From an uncultured Lachnospiraceae bacterium (GTDB taxonomy: Bacteria; Bacillota; Clostridia; Oscillospirales; CAG-272): 36,397 nt of DNA. This document shows positions 1-9,213 of this stretch, in pieces. The first letter of the stretch is position 1; every line of letters begins with the position of its first letter. The stretch lies in NCBI GenBank assembly GCA_964426285.1, contig CAYRQA010000002.1, positions 1 to 36,397 on the forward strand. Reading direction: 5' to 3'. The notes beneath the pieces are model-generated. The model did no database searches, was not told the DNA's origin, and saw only the letters and a program-made list of their open reading frames with translations. The position numbers were made by a program, and so were the translations under genes.

Positions 1-114
1 CAGTTGCCGATTTCGTAATTTTTCTTAAATTACTGTCTTATCGGCACACAGGAAAGTCGGTGCTTTTTTAGTTAAATCCGCCGTCTGCGGAAGAAATTCT
101 GTTCTGTCCGGATA

Positions 115-142
115 GACAGGATAGGCAAAAGCCTATCCTGTC
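115..142 (-). terminator. Terminator-like hairpin just 3' of the glycoside hydrolase gene, with no clear U-tract
   Basis: Perfect 12-bp stem GACAGGATAGGC-aaaa-GCCTATCCTGTC, 18 nt beyond the stop codon at 160-162. No T-run follows on the minus strand. Confidence 0.4.
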
Positions 143-159
143 ATTTACATTAGTGTTTC

Positions 160-3100
160 TTAGGGCAGAACGATCTCAAACTTGTCGAGGTTAGGCGCAT
201 AACCGTCGTCTACGCCACCGAATACGATGGTATTCGTGCCGCTTGTTACATCAACCTCAATTGAGACAGGTGCTCCGACAAGTGTCCAATCACCCGTTGC
301 AGGGCAGTCGTAGGTGTAGGTTCTGCCGTTTACCGTGATGCTGACCGAACGTGCTGACCAAGTTGCATAGTACAGGCGAATGGTTACCTTTCCGCTCGCC
401 GCGCTTTCTACGTTAAAGCTCGTGGTTCCGTTGGCTGCTCCGCCAACATTGCCGACGTGCTGTCCGTTCGATGCGCCCGCATTGCTAACCAACTGAACGC
501 CGTTGAGCGTGCCGTTTTCCATTTCATATGAAAATTCAGTAAACTTAATGGTGAATGCGTCGAGGTTGGGGGCGTCGCCGCCGTCCACACCGCCGAATAC
601 GATGGTGTTATTACCGCTCACTACGTCAACTTCGACCGTCATCGAGCCGACTGTCGTCCAGTCCCCCGTTCCGACGCAGTTCACGTTGTAAACGTTGCCG
701 TTTACGGTCACGCTGAGCTGACGGGCATTGTATGTTGCGTAGTATACGCGGATGGTCGCCTTTCCGCTTGCAGGACTTGCTACGTTGAAGCTGACCGTTC
801 CGTTGGTCGCGCCGCCGAGATTGCCGACGTGCTGTCCGTTCGATGCGCCTGCATTACCCACAAGCGCTCCGCCGTTGATCGCACCGTTCTCCATTTCGTA
901 TGCGCCTGCAACCGAGCTGACCGCATTGGGATTGAAGTTTGCGATCTTGACTGCATTTCCGTTGTAAGTAAAGTCGCTGAAGGTGATATCGATACCGTTG
1001 GTTCTGCCGCCGCAGCTGCCGTAGAAACCAATGTACATCTCGCTGCCGGCAAGCGCAGCGTTTTCAACAGTCCAAGCCTGCGTCCACGCATCGTTTGCGT
1101 TTACTCTGTAATAACCGGTAAAGTTATTGCCGTTCTTGACCAGACGAACGTAAAGATCGCCGTTAGCATTGGGATCCAGTACGTACTGCTCGGAGTTGTT
1201 GGACATCATCGTAACAAGGTTGTTATTTCCGTATGAACCGAACGATTCATGGAAACGACGGCCGATCGAAATGTAGGGATTCAGACCGCGTGTGAAGACG
1301 CTGATGAAGCCGCCCTGATAGTTGGCATTCAGACCGCCTGAAATCTTTGCAGTGATTTCGAAATTGCCGTCGGGCGCTCTCATTGCAAAGACGTTCTTGT
1401 CAATTACGCCCGTTTCAGCGGTGATCGTAACTTGGTTTTCGCCCGAGATGACATACTTATTGTTGTCGTTGATAACGTCCCAAGTCGCATCGTTGAATAC
1501 GTATTTTGCGGGCGTTACGGTCACGTTGATGACCGCACGCTTACTGCCGTCGTAGATGGAGGTTGCGGTCACGGTAGTCGTTCCTGCCTTCAGACCCTTG
1601 ATCGAAGCACCCGTACCCGTAGCGGATACCTGGGCGATCGAGGGATCGGCAACCGTCCAGATCACGTCGGTCGAGTTGGTATCGGTAGGATTGAAGTTGA
1701 GTGTAACGTCTTTCGTATAGTAAACTTCAACGCTCACGTTGGCAGGATTAGCGGTGATCGAATTCAGACCGCTGTTCTGCGGGATGAACTTGATGGCGTA
1801 ACCGCCGCCCTTCTGAACGTGGATGGTGGGCAGAGTGGTGTTTACGGTCACGTTATTGACGACCTGCATCTCGATATTCTGACGTTCGCCGTTGACTTCC
1901 TTATAGATGATGGCTGTGTAGGTCGTATTGGGATCGAGGAAGGTGGGTCTGTAGCTGTAATCTTTTGCGTTTACGCTGATACCTGCCGCATACCAAGCAT
2001 CTCCGCTTCTGCGGGCGAGGTTGACCTCGGAACCGACGTTAGTCAGATTCTCGAGAACGTACATATCATCCCACTGTGCCGGGAAATTGGTATAGTAACT
2101 GACAGCCGCGGAAATGCTGTAGTAGTTTTCGGGTTTGTCGCCCATCGAGTGCAGACCGTTTTCAAAGAGCGTCGAAAGTGCGATCTGGAAGCCCATGGTC
2201 GTCTTGGAGGTGTCGCGCGAGAAGAGTTGTTCGGTGACGTCTGCGGTACCGACCGCGGCACGGATGAAGGGGATCAGCGTGTACTGCTCGACAGTAATAC
2301 CGCCCTGCTCCTGACCGGCGATCGCTTCGCGTGCGATCACGTTCGGATAGGTGCGAAGCTCACCCGAAGGCGGGTTGGAGCCGTGCACGTTGACCATCAG
2401 CTTATACTTTGCCGCATCTGCATAGATATCATCATGCAGCTGAAGCATAGCCTGCGATTCATTGTAGAAGAAGTCGACCTTGATGCCGACGATGCCCGCC
2501 TCTGACCATTCTTTGAAGCGTGCTTCACGTTCAGCATCGGTGTCGACGTCAAGTTTATCTACCCAAGCGAAGAGCTTGATGCCCTTTTGGTTGGCGTAGT
2601 CTCTGACCTCTTCAAACCAGTCCCACATACCCTCGTAGCGAGAGCCCGCGGTGTTGCTGGCAGGCTGCCATTTTTCGTCGAGAATGTAGTATTCCCATCC
2701 CATATCGGCAGCGAGATCGATAAATTTCTTGTGGATGTTGGGGTCTTCCTGTCCGCCGTAGTAGCTGACCCACGACCAGGAGGACATACCGGGGGCTACC
2801 CAGCTCTCGAAGTCATACTGCGCATCGGGTGCCGGGCTGAGGTTTTCAACCATGGTATTCTCCATGATGTCGGCGGGTGTTCCGATGATCACCGTTCTCC
2901 AAGGAGAGGTAAAGGGTGTAGTGGTATTGACTGCCGAAGTCTGGGCGAGGTCAAAGATTGTGCGCAGGACGCCGTCGCCTTCAAGGCGCAGGAGCGAGCC
3001 GACGTAGTTACCGTGACGGTCTGCTTCGGTAATCAGCGCGTACTTGCCGCCCGTCTCATAGAGCATGGGCATCGAAGGCTGAGTACCGACAGCAGTCTGA

Positions 3101-5211
3101 CCGATCCTGCCTGCAATGAACTGATCCTCATACATAAAGTCTCTTCCTGTACGGGGCATATACCAGATCTGCGCACCGTTGGGCAGATTGAAGCTGGTAT
3201 TTTCAGCATTGGGCTGAATGGTCATGGTGCGACCGTTCGCGGTCGTGATGACGTAGCGGAAAGCGATGCCGTCATTGTATGCTCTTACCACCACTGCAAA
3301 TTCAACGCCGCCTTTTGTGAAGCGGATCGTCTTTTCTCTGCAGTAATTGGTAATGGTGCTCTTCTTACCGCTGAGCATTTCATAGGTCTCGTTGATGGTC
3401 TGATTCGATTCCGAAACATAGGCCAGACCGTTATTGAAGTTGCCGATGCCGGTATTGATACCCATATCGGAGGTTTCGACAACGGTTACACCGTCCTGTG
3501 CGACCGTATAGGTCAGCGAGCCGTTCCCCGACAGCTTGACGTTGATCGACGTTTTGCCGTTGGGAGAGCTGACCGTCCAGCCGTCGCCGCTTGCTGTCTG
3601 GACTTCCATGAAATTGAGCAGCCACGAAACAGCTGCCGAGCAGCCCCACGAAGCGTAGTTGCCTCTGGTCACGAACGAGTTGTTCGGATTCATCTGCGTA
3701 GTACTGTTCTGAATGTTTTCTTCGGTCTTTCTGCCGAATTCACCCCACATCAGATCATCGCTGTTGCGGAGAGTCCATGCGGACTGCGCATTGGCGTTGA
3801 TGAAGGCATCGTAATTGTTTACGTTGCACTCGCGGACAAAATACCCCATCCAACGAGCCATCAGACCCTTACCGCCGATCGAGTCGCCCGAGTTAGAGCC
3901 CTCGTTGAGCAGTTCTTCCTGACCGTCGCCGAGCGTTGCCGCAAGGTCGGCAGCCTTTTTAGCTACGTTGAAATAGTTCTGATTGCCGGTATACTTATAG
4001 AGCATCGCACAGGCACCGATCAGGTTGCCCTGGTTGCCGGTATTCGCCCAACGGGTGATCGTACCGTCTCTTGCGATGTTATCGTAGAGCTCGCCGGTGT
4101 CGGCAACGTACATACGATCGATCATCCAGTCGACGATCGCTTTACCCTTGTCGTAGTAGCTGCGGTCGCCGGTCGTCTCATAGATCACCAGTGCCGCAAG
4201 CGCACCGGGGCCGTTGACGCAGGCGTTCTTGGTCTGGTTATCGGTCGTCCACCACAGACCGCCGCCCAAAACCGAGGTGTCCCATGCACGGTTGTAGCAA
4301 AGATCAAAGTTTTCCTTTGCTACGTTCAGATATTTACTGTTGCCGGTATTCTGATAGAGACGGATGGTTGCAAGCGTCATCCAAAGGATGTCGTCGTTAA
4401 AGCCGTTCCAAGCCCAGTTGGTGCCGCGGCGTGCAATGATGCCGTCGTAGAACTGCTCGGCTACAGTCAGATACTTGCGGTCGCCGAGGCGTTCATATGC
4501 GTCAATGAAGACTTCAAGCACCTCTGCATCGGTCCAAAAGCCGTTGTCGGGCATATTACGAAGCTTGCCCAGACCGTTCTCTACGTAAAAGAACATATCG
4601 ATGTAAGCATCGATCGCCAGAACCGGATCAGGCACTTCGGGAAGCGGATTATCTTTGACCTGGCTGACAGGCACAAAGCTCCACTTTTCGTTATCGGCGC
4701 CGCTGTAGTTCCACTGAATGATCGCCGCACCGTTATCGTTTGATGCGCCCGATACGTTCAGACCGAATCCCGGAACGTTCTTCGGCGCGATGCGATAGTA
4801 ACCGTCGGCGGTCTCGGTGATCGCCCACTTTTCATTGTCGCCGCCGTCGTTATTCCATTGGATCATCTGTGTACCCGCTTCAACCGAATTGTAAGGGATA
4901 TTGATCGCCTTACCGCTGAAGTAGTTGACAATGACAACGTATCCGTCGCCGCCGTCTTGCAGGGTCCACACCTGTGAAGCATAGCCCTCTGCCGGCATCT
5001 GAACGATGAGTGCGTCATTGTTAGCCGAATTGCCGCTCACAGTCATAGCTTTGCCGCTATTTTTGGACACGATCATATAGTTGCGTCCCACAACAGGTGT
5101 TTCGCCTACGGCTGCCGCCGCCGATACAGTGAACGGCACGATCGGCGCGATCACTGAAAACAGCATCAAGAGCGCAAGCAGAGCGGATAAAAATTGTTTT
5201 TTTCTTTCCAT
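160..5211 (-). CDS. Secreted multi-domain glycoside hydrolase, 1683 aa: signal peptide, ricin-type (CBM13-like) lectin, GH76-like, GH97-like, Big_2, ConA/LamG-like, two CBM35/6-like modules
   Basis: The start was moved to the ATG at 5211 (MERKKQFLSALLALLMLF signal peptide), with a GGAGG 6-10 nt upstream; the ORF track begins at 5274. Motifs read in the translation: SQVW/NEKW/NEKW beta-trefoil repeats; GFNDDILW and GGLWW..NACVNGP (GH76-like); GIKVDFF..HGSNPPSGELRTYPN..AREAIAGQE (GH97-like); duplicated ~124-aa C-terminal modules YEMENG..ASNGQHVGN..GDWT..APNLD. Confidence 0.85.
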   Translation of the reverse strand: MERKKQFLSALLALLMLFSVIAPIVPFTVSAAAAVGETPVVGRNYMIVSKNSGKAMTVSGNSANNDALIVQMPAEGYASQVWTLQDGGDGYVVIVNYFSGKAINIPYNSVEAGTQMIQWNNDGGDNEKWAITETADGYYRIAPKNVPGFGLNVSGASNDNGAAIIQWNYSGADNEKWSFVPVSQVKDNPLPEVPDPVLAIDAYIDMFFYVENGLGKLRNMPDNGFWTDAEVLEVFIDAYERLGDRKYLTVAEQFYDGIIARRGTNWAWNGFNDDILWMTLATIRLYQNTGNSKYLNVAKENFDLCYNRAWDTSVLGGGLWWTTDNQTKNACVNGPGALAALVIYETTGDRSYYDKGKAIVDWMIDRMYVADTGELYDNIARDGTITRWANTGNQGNLIGACAMLYKYTGNQNYFNVAKKAADLAATLGDGQEELLNEGSNSGDSIGGKGLMARWMGYFVRECNVNNYDAFINANAQSAWTLRNSDDLMWGEFGRKTEENIQNSTTQMNPNNSFVTRGNYASWGCSAAVSWLLNFMEVQTASGDGWTVSSPNGKTSINVKLSGNGSLTYTVAQDGVTVVETSDMGINTGIGNFNNGLAYVSESNQTINETYEMLSGKKSTITNYCREKTIRFTKGGVEFAVVVRAYNDGIAFRYVITTANGRTMTIQPNAENTSFNLPNGAQIWYMPRTGRDFMYEDQFIAGRIGQTAVGTQPSMPMLYETGGKYALITEADRHGNYVGSLLRLEGDGVLRTIFDLAQTSAVNTTTPFTSPWRTVIIGTPADIMENTMVENLSPAPDAQYDFESWVAPGMSSWSWVSYYGGQEDPNIHKKFIDLAADMGWEYYILDEKWQPASNTAGSRYEGMWDWFEEVRDYANQKGIKLFAWVDKLDVDTDAEREARFKEWSEAGIVGIKVDFFYNESQAMLQLHDDIYADAAKYKLMVNVHGSNPPSGELRTYPNVIAREAIAGQEQGGITVEQYTLIPFIRAAVGTADVTEQLFSRDTSKTTMGFQIALSTLFENGLHSMGDKPENYYSISAAVSYYTNFPAQWDDMYVLENLTNVGSEVNLARRSGDAWYAAGISVNAKDYSYRPTFLDPNTTYTAIIYKEVNGERQNIEMQVVNNVTVNTTLPTIHVQKGGGYAIKFIPQNSGLNSITANPANVSVEVYYTKDVTLNFNPTDTNSTDVIWTVADPSIAQVSATGTGASIKGLKAGTTTVTATSIYDGSKRAVINVTVTPAKYVFNDATWDVINDNNKYVISGENQVTITAETGVIDKNVFAMRAPDGNFEITAKISGGLNANYQGGFISVFTRGLNPYISIGRRFHESFGSYGNNNLVTMMSNNSEQYVLDPNANGDLYVRLVKNGNNFTGYYRVNANDAWTQAWTVENAALAGSEMYIGFYGSCGGRTNGIDITFSDFTYNGNAVKIANFNPNAVSSVAGAYEMENGAINGGALVGNAGASNGQHVGNLGGATNGTVSFNVASPASGKATIRVYYATYNARQLSVTVNGNVYNVNCVGTGDWTTVGSMTVEVDVVSGNNTIVFGGVDGGDAPNLDAFTIKFTEFSYEMENGTLNGVQLVSNAGASNGQHVGNVGGAANGTTSFNVESAASGKVTIRLYYATWSARSVSITVNGRTYTYDCPATGDWTLVGAPVSIEVDVTSGTNTIVFGGVDDGYAPNLDKFEIVLP

Positions 5212-5312
5212 TTTACGCCTCCTAAAAGAAAAAAATATGTTATCAACGCGTTTGCAGTTTATTGATTTCCGCAAACAAGCAATCCCATTGAAAACATTGT
5301 TTGTTTTTGACT

Positions 5313-5341
5313 ATTATACAGTTATATCGCCCAAAATTCAA
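5313..5341 (-). promoter_or_regulatory. Candidate sigma-A promoter of the glycoside hydrolase gene
   Basis: On the minus strand: TTGAAT (5341-5336), 17-nt spacer, TATAAT (5318-5313). It lies about 100 nt upstream of the start codon. Confidence 0.5.
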
Positions 5342-5636
5342 TAGCAAATTCTGATTTTTTGGGAATAAAGACAATTTTGTTCGCTATTACAAAAAACGCA
5401 TGGTTGTTTTGTACAATTTTTACATTCAAAAACATCAACAATCATTACATTTGATCATCGATAGTAGGCATAATTATGCGAGCGGCAGCATTTAAGCTGC
5501 CATACGGCAATCGGAGGACAGTTTGTTGGTTCGTGCTCGACACGGACGCACCCGCCAAGAAAAAACGATTGTTTGTTTTTTTCTTTTTCGATGCAAATTT
5601 ATTGCTCAAATACAGATCGCAAGGACAAACTAATCA

Positions 5637-5665
5637 TTGACAGAAATGCGATCATTTGCTATAAT
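5637..5665 (+). promoter_or_regulatory. Consensus sigma-A promoter of the SDR / LRR-toroid operon
   Basis: TTGACA (5637-5642), 17-nt spacer, TATAAT (5660-5665). It lies about 45 nt upstream of the ATG at 5711. Confidence 0.65.
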
Positions 5666-5710
5666 AGATGTAACAAATAAACAAAATCTTTTCAGAAAGA
5701 AGGAACTGTC

Positions 5711-6511
5711 ATGGGCTTTTTAACAGGAAAAACCGCTATTATCACCGGCGCAGGCTATGCCGTGCTCTCTGACGGCAGATGCGGCTCGATCGGCTACGGC
5801 ATCGCGACCGCTTACGCCAAGGAAGGTGCCAATCTGGTCATCACGGGGCGCAACGTCGTCAAGCTCGAAAAGGCCAAAGAGGCGCTCGAGACAGCCTACG
5901 GCATCAAGGTGCTCGCACTTGCGGCTGACATATCGGCAGGCGCAGACAATGAAGCGATCGCCAAGGGCGTTGCCGAGAAGGCGATCGAAGCCTTCGGCAG
6001 GATCGACGTGCTCGTCAACAATGCACAGGCTTCGGCATCGGGCGTGACCATTCAGGATCACTCGACCGAGCAGTTCGACCTCGCCATCTATTCGGGGCTC
6101 TACGCGACCTTCTATTATATGAAGGCTTGCTATCCCTATCTGAAGGAGAGTGCGGGCAGTATCATCAACTTCGCATCGGGTGCGGGGCTCTTCGGCAACT
6201 ACGGTCAGTGCTCCTATGCGGCGGCAAAGGAAGCCATCCGCGGGCTTTCGAGAGTGGCGGCAACCGAATGGGCAAAGGACGGCATCAACACCAACGTCGT
6301 CTGCCCGCTCGCATGGACCGCACAGCTCGAGAACTTCCAGACTGCGTATCCCGAAGCCTTCAAAGCAAACGTGAAGATGCCCCCCGCAGGTCACTTCGGC
6401 GATCCCGAGCTTGAGATCGGACGCGTCTGCGTTCAGCTCGCCTCCCCCGACTTCAAGTATCTCAACGGCGAGACCCTCACCCTCGAGGGCGGCATGGGGC
6501 TTCGTCCGTAA
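5711..6511 (+). CDS. SDR-family (short-chain dehydrogenase/reductase) oxidoreductase
   Basis: Glycine-rich TGAG....G.G nucleotide-binding N-terminus, an NNAQ motif, and the catalytic Y..AK (CSYAAAKEA). GAAGGA RBS. 266 aa. Confidence 0.9.
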   Translation: MGFLTGKTAIITGAGYAVLSDGRCGSIGYGIATAYAKEGANLVITGRNVVKLEKAKEALETAYGIKVLALAADISAGADNEAIAKGVAEKAIEAFGRIDVLVNNAQASASGVTIQDHSTEQFDLAIYSGLYATFYYMKACYPYLKESAGSIINFASGAGLFGNYGQCSYAAAKEAIRGLSRVAATEWAKDGINTNVVCPLAWTAQLENFQTAYPEAFKANVKMPPAGHFGDPELEIGRVCVQLASPDFKYLNGETLTLEGGMGLRP

Positions 6512-6532
6512 AACCCGATCGGAGGGAATGCC

Positions 6533-8353
6533 ATGCCCATACTGACCCCCGCAGAACTGCAAAACGGGTATTTCAAGGATGTCGGCGGCTTTCCGCCTGC
6601 CAAAATCATCCGCACCGTAGCCGAATACGACGGCTCAGAGCGCTGCTGCATCGCCTGCACGCAACTGCAGGATCGCTATTCCGAGCGCGAATGCAGGCAG
6701 ATCCTCGGCGATTGGATCGACTTTTTGCGCACCGAAACGACCGCTTTCAAGGCCCTGCACTTCAACTCCCGTGTTCCGCAAGCGCTCTTTGATGCGGCTT
6801 GCGCGCAGACAAATCTGACCGAACTGCGCTTCAAATGGGGGAGCTATGCCGATCTGTCGGCTCTGACCGAGCTGAAAAAGCTGCAATACCTCTACCTCGG
6901 CGCCTGTCCGAGCGTGCGAGACCTCACCCCGATCACTCGGCTCGATGATCTGATCGTGCTTTATGTGGAGAATTTCAAGCACATTGAGGATTATTCGCCG
7001 CTCACTTCGCTCGAAAAACTGGAGCAACTGGTCATCAGCGGTCCCGAATTGGGGGTCACGCCGATCAAGGAGCTCGATTTCATCTGCGAAATGCACAGCC
7101 TTGCGTCGATATGGCTGCCCAACACGACGGTCAGAAAGCAGTATTCCGTCGAAGAACGGGAAAAACTGCGCACCCTTGCACCTCGTTATACGGGCAGGCA
7201 TGGTGGCTTTGCTGAAATGCGCAAACAGGCTTTCAAAAACGGCTTTTGCCAAATTATACAACAAAATCCTATGGAGGAACCTATGCAAACATTCAATCTT
7301 GACGCACTGGTAGAGAAAATCTACGCAGAAGTGCAATCACACAAACTCGAAGGCGGTGGATATGCACGCCGCGGGCTCAATCACGAAACAGGCGAACGCG
7401 ACAGGAAGGTGAACGAATACGGCTGTGCGGATGCGGCGAACATCCTCTACACCATCGGCAGACTGCCGCAGTACGGAGATCCCGATCGCGATGCGCTCAT
7501 AAATACCTTGCTCAACTTCCAAAAGGAAGACGGGCGTTTCGAGGACGGTTCTCATCACGCAATGCACACGACGGCGTTCTGCCTTGCCGCACTCGATCTC
7601 TTCGATGCCGTGCCCAACCGCGGCAAGCTGATCGATTATCTCGCCCCCTACCGCTCGATAGAGGGACTGACCGCACTGCTCGAATCGCTCAACTGGAAGG
7701 GCAGTCCTTGGGGTGAATCGCACAAGGGCGTCGGCGTCTTCGTGGCAATGAACCTGACCCGTGCGGCGGATATGGAATGGAACGATGCCTATTTTAAGTG
7801 GCTGTGGGACAATGTAGACGCTCGCTACGGTGTCAGCCGCGAGGTCGGCTATCTGAAGGGTGACCCCGGCAATCTGCCCGACGAGATCAACGATACCTGC
7901 GCGCCCGGCGAGGCAAACAACGTCTTCGCACATTTCTACGGCTGGTTCCACTACACCTTCAACACGGAGTGGGCGCATATGCCCATGCGCTACCCCGACA
8001 AGATCATCGACACGGGGCTCTATCTCTTCAGCCGCCGCGACAAAAATGCGCTCAAGGAAAACTTCGGTCACGGCATCGACTACAAGGAGATCGACTGGCT
8101 CTACATGATGAACCGTGCCACCCGTCAGACCGCACACCGCTATGACGAGGTCAAGCAGGCAATGTACGAGCTCGCCTGCGAGTACATCCCCTTCCTCGAA
8201 TCGGTCGACACCGAGCATGACGGAAGATTTGGCGACCTGCACCAGCTCTGCGGCTCGGTCTGCGCACTGGCAGAACTGCAGGCGGCACTCCCCGGCGTCA
8301 TCCGCACCACCGTCCCGCTCAGACTGGTACTCGACAGAAGACCGTTTATTTGA
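6533..8353 (+). CDS. Hypothetical two-module protein: N-terminal leucine-rich repeats plus a C-terminal alpha/alpha-toroid-like (prenyltransferase/terpene-cyclase-like repeat) module
   Basis: GGAGGG RBS 6 nt upstream of the ATG. LRR periodicity is visible (LTELRF, LKKLQYLYLG, LDDLIVLYVENF, LEKLEQLVIS). The C-terminal half contains QKEDGRF-type repeats. An in-frame internal GGAGG plus ATG occurs at 7273-7285. Confidence 0.7.
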   Translation: MPILTPAELQNGYFKDVGGFPPAKIIRTVAEYDGSERCCIACTQLQDRYSERECRQILGDWIDFLRTETTAFKALHFNSRVPQALFDAACAQTNLTELRFKWGSYADLSALTELKKLQYLYLGACPSVRDLTPITRLDDLIVLYVENFKHIEDYSPLTSLEKLEQLVISGPELGVTPIKELDFICEMHSLASIWLPNTTVRKQYSVEEREKLRTLAPRYTGRHGGFAEMRKQAFKNGFCQIIQQNPMEEPMQTFNLDALVEKIYAEVQSHKLEGGGYARRGLNHETGERDRKVNEYGCADAANILYTIGRLPQYGDPDRDALINTLLNFQKEDGRFEDGSHHAMHTTAFCLAALDLFDAVPNRGKLIDYLAPYRSIEGLTALLESLNWKGSPWGESHKGVGVFVAMNLTRAADMEWNDAYFKWLWDNVDARYGVSREVGYLKGDPGNLPDEINDTCAPGEANNVFAHFYGWFHYTFNTEWAHMPMRYPDKIIDTGLYLFSRRDKNALKENFGHGIDYKEIDWLYMMNRATRQTAHRYDEVKQAMYELACEYIPFLESVDTEHDGRFGDLHQLCGSVCALAELQAALPGVIRTTVPLRLVLDRRPFI

Positions 8354-8369
8354 TGGGATGGCTTTATTT

Positions 8370-8440
8370 GGGGCTTTGCCCAAACCCCATTCAGGGGACT
8401 TTTTGAAAAAAGTCCCCTGAAAACCCCAAAAACTTTTGAA
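8370..8440. repeat. Intergenic hairpin repeat, family 2 copy, inverted relative to the copy at 31343
   Basis: Perfect hairpin AGGGGACTTTTT-ga-AAAAAGTCCCCT (8393-8418). The flanks CCCAAACCCC and AAAACCCCAAAAACTTTT are shared with the other copies. Confidence 0.7.
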
Positions 8441-8455
8441 GGGAGACTGCAAATT

Positions 8456-9013
8456 TTGAAGAAAATCATCCCTCCTCTGCTGTCCGCGCTTTGCATCTTG
8501 ATCTTTCTGCCGATTATTTTGCTGATCGCCATCATATTTCTAATCCACACGCCCTTCGATTACATCAAGTACCGCCGCACGCGATACTATAAGGACACGA
8601 AGGAGAACTACCGCTGGCTCGCAGGGATGACAAACTTCATTTGCCTGTACGACGCGATCCGCGAAGCCGATCTGCCCATCGAGTATCACAAATGCCCCGA
8701 CGGTTGCGAATATCTGCTCTGCAAGGATATCTTGATTCTGAACGAGTATGCCCCCTGCTATGACAGCGATCGAAATATCTGGACGGTCGAGATCGAGGAC
8801 GAGTACGTCAACATAGACGATGCCGTTGCAAAAGACATCGGGGATTGCAACAAATCCATGCAGACAGACGCTTGCAGACGAGCGCTCGTTCTGGTCGAGG
8901 ATGACGAGCTTTCCGAGCACGAACCGATCGAACTTACAAACTGTACGATCGTCCCGATCAGAGAAGTCGGCATCGCCGAAGCCCTGCGCAAATACATCGA
9001 CCATATCGCCTAA
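8456..9013 (+). CDS. Hypothetical protein with an N-terminal transmembrane anchor
   Basis: TTG start with a GGGAG 10 nt upstream. Hydrophobic N-terminus (IIPPLLSALCILIFLPIILLIAIIFLI). An intrinsic terminator follows the stop codon directly. No family recognised. Confidence 0.5.
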   Translation: MKKIIPPLLSALCILIFLPIILLIAIIFLIHTPFDYIKYRRTRYYKDTKENYRWLAGMTNFICLYDAIREADLPIEYHKCPDGCEYLLCKDILILNEYAPCYDSDRNIWTVEIEDEYVNIDDAVAKDIGDCNKSMQTDACRRALVLVEDDELSEHEPIELTNCTIVPIREVGIAEALRKYIDHIA

Positions 9014-9016
9014 CCC

Positions 9017-9060
9017 CACCGACACCGCCATAGCGGCGCTGTCGGTGATTTTTGGGTTTT
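9017..9060 (+). terminator. Rho-independent terminator
   Basis: CACCGACACCGCC-ata-GCGGCGCTGTCGGTG stem (one mismatch), followed by ATTTTTGGGTTTTTG. Confidence 0.7.
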
Positions 9061-9086
9061 TGTCTGCTCCGAAATCGAAATATCCC

Positions 9087-9115
9087 TTGAAAATGTGCGC
9101 ATTTTCTGCTATACT
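9087..9115 (+). promoter_or_regulatory. Sigma-A promoter of the GNAT-MATE-AEC operon
   Basis: TTGAAA (9087-9092), 17-nt spacer, TATACT (9110-9115). Confidence 0.6.
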
Positions 9116-9213
9116 GAAATCACTGAAATCATCGGAGCGAGCCGTGACAAAGGGCATCGCACGGATGTTTCAATTGAAATGAAGAAGCTACCGATATAAA
9201 GGAAGATACTGAT

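Noticed and set aside
42-70. Possible plus-strand terminator near the window start (GCAC..GTGC followed by TTTTTT)
   Set aside because: The stem is only 4 bp and the upstream gene is outside the window. This is insufficient support.
2587-4743. Very long antisense ORFs opposite real genes: 2587-4743 (+) 718 aa; 16731-19091 (-) 786 aa; 13882-15213 (-) 443 aa; 31743-33125 (+) 460 aa; 35054-36196 (+) 380 aa; 21250-22233 (+) 327 aa; 7337-8452 (-) 371 aa
   Set aside because: Their translations are low-complexity and rich in R/G/V/D, with no recognisable motifs. The opposite strand encodes clearly identifiable proteins (GH, PflB, CE4, RNase Y, U32, ATPase). Long open antisense frames are expected with GC3-rich codon usage.
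5212-5274. Upstream in-frame start codons offered by the ORF track for several genes: 5274 for the GH, 13807 for the deacetylase, 23819 for the HAD hydrolase, 28322 for lexA, 22815 for the ATPase, 19054 for pflA, 11729 for the 86-aa protein
   Set aside because: In each case a downstream ATG has a proper SD and gives the expected N-terminus (signal peptide, lipobox, DxDGT motif, LexA length). The upstream extensions run through promoter or intergenic sequence or through the preceding gene.
5287-5304. TGAAAACATTGTTT in the glycoside hydrolase 5' UTR, considered as a CcpA cre site
   Set aside because: It lacks the central CG and the terminal symmetric positions of the cre consensus (TGWAANCGNTNWCA) on either strand.
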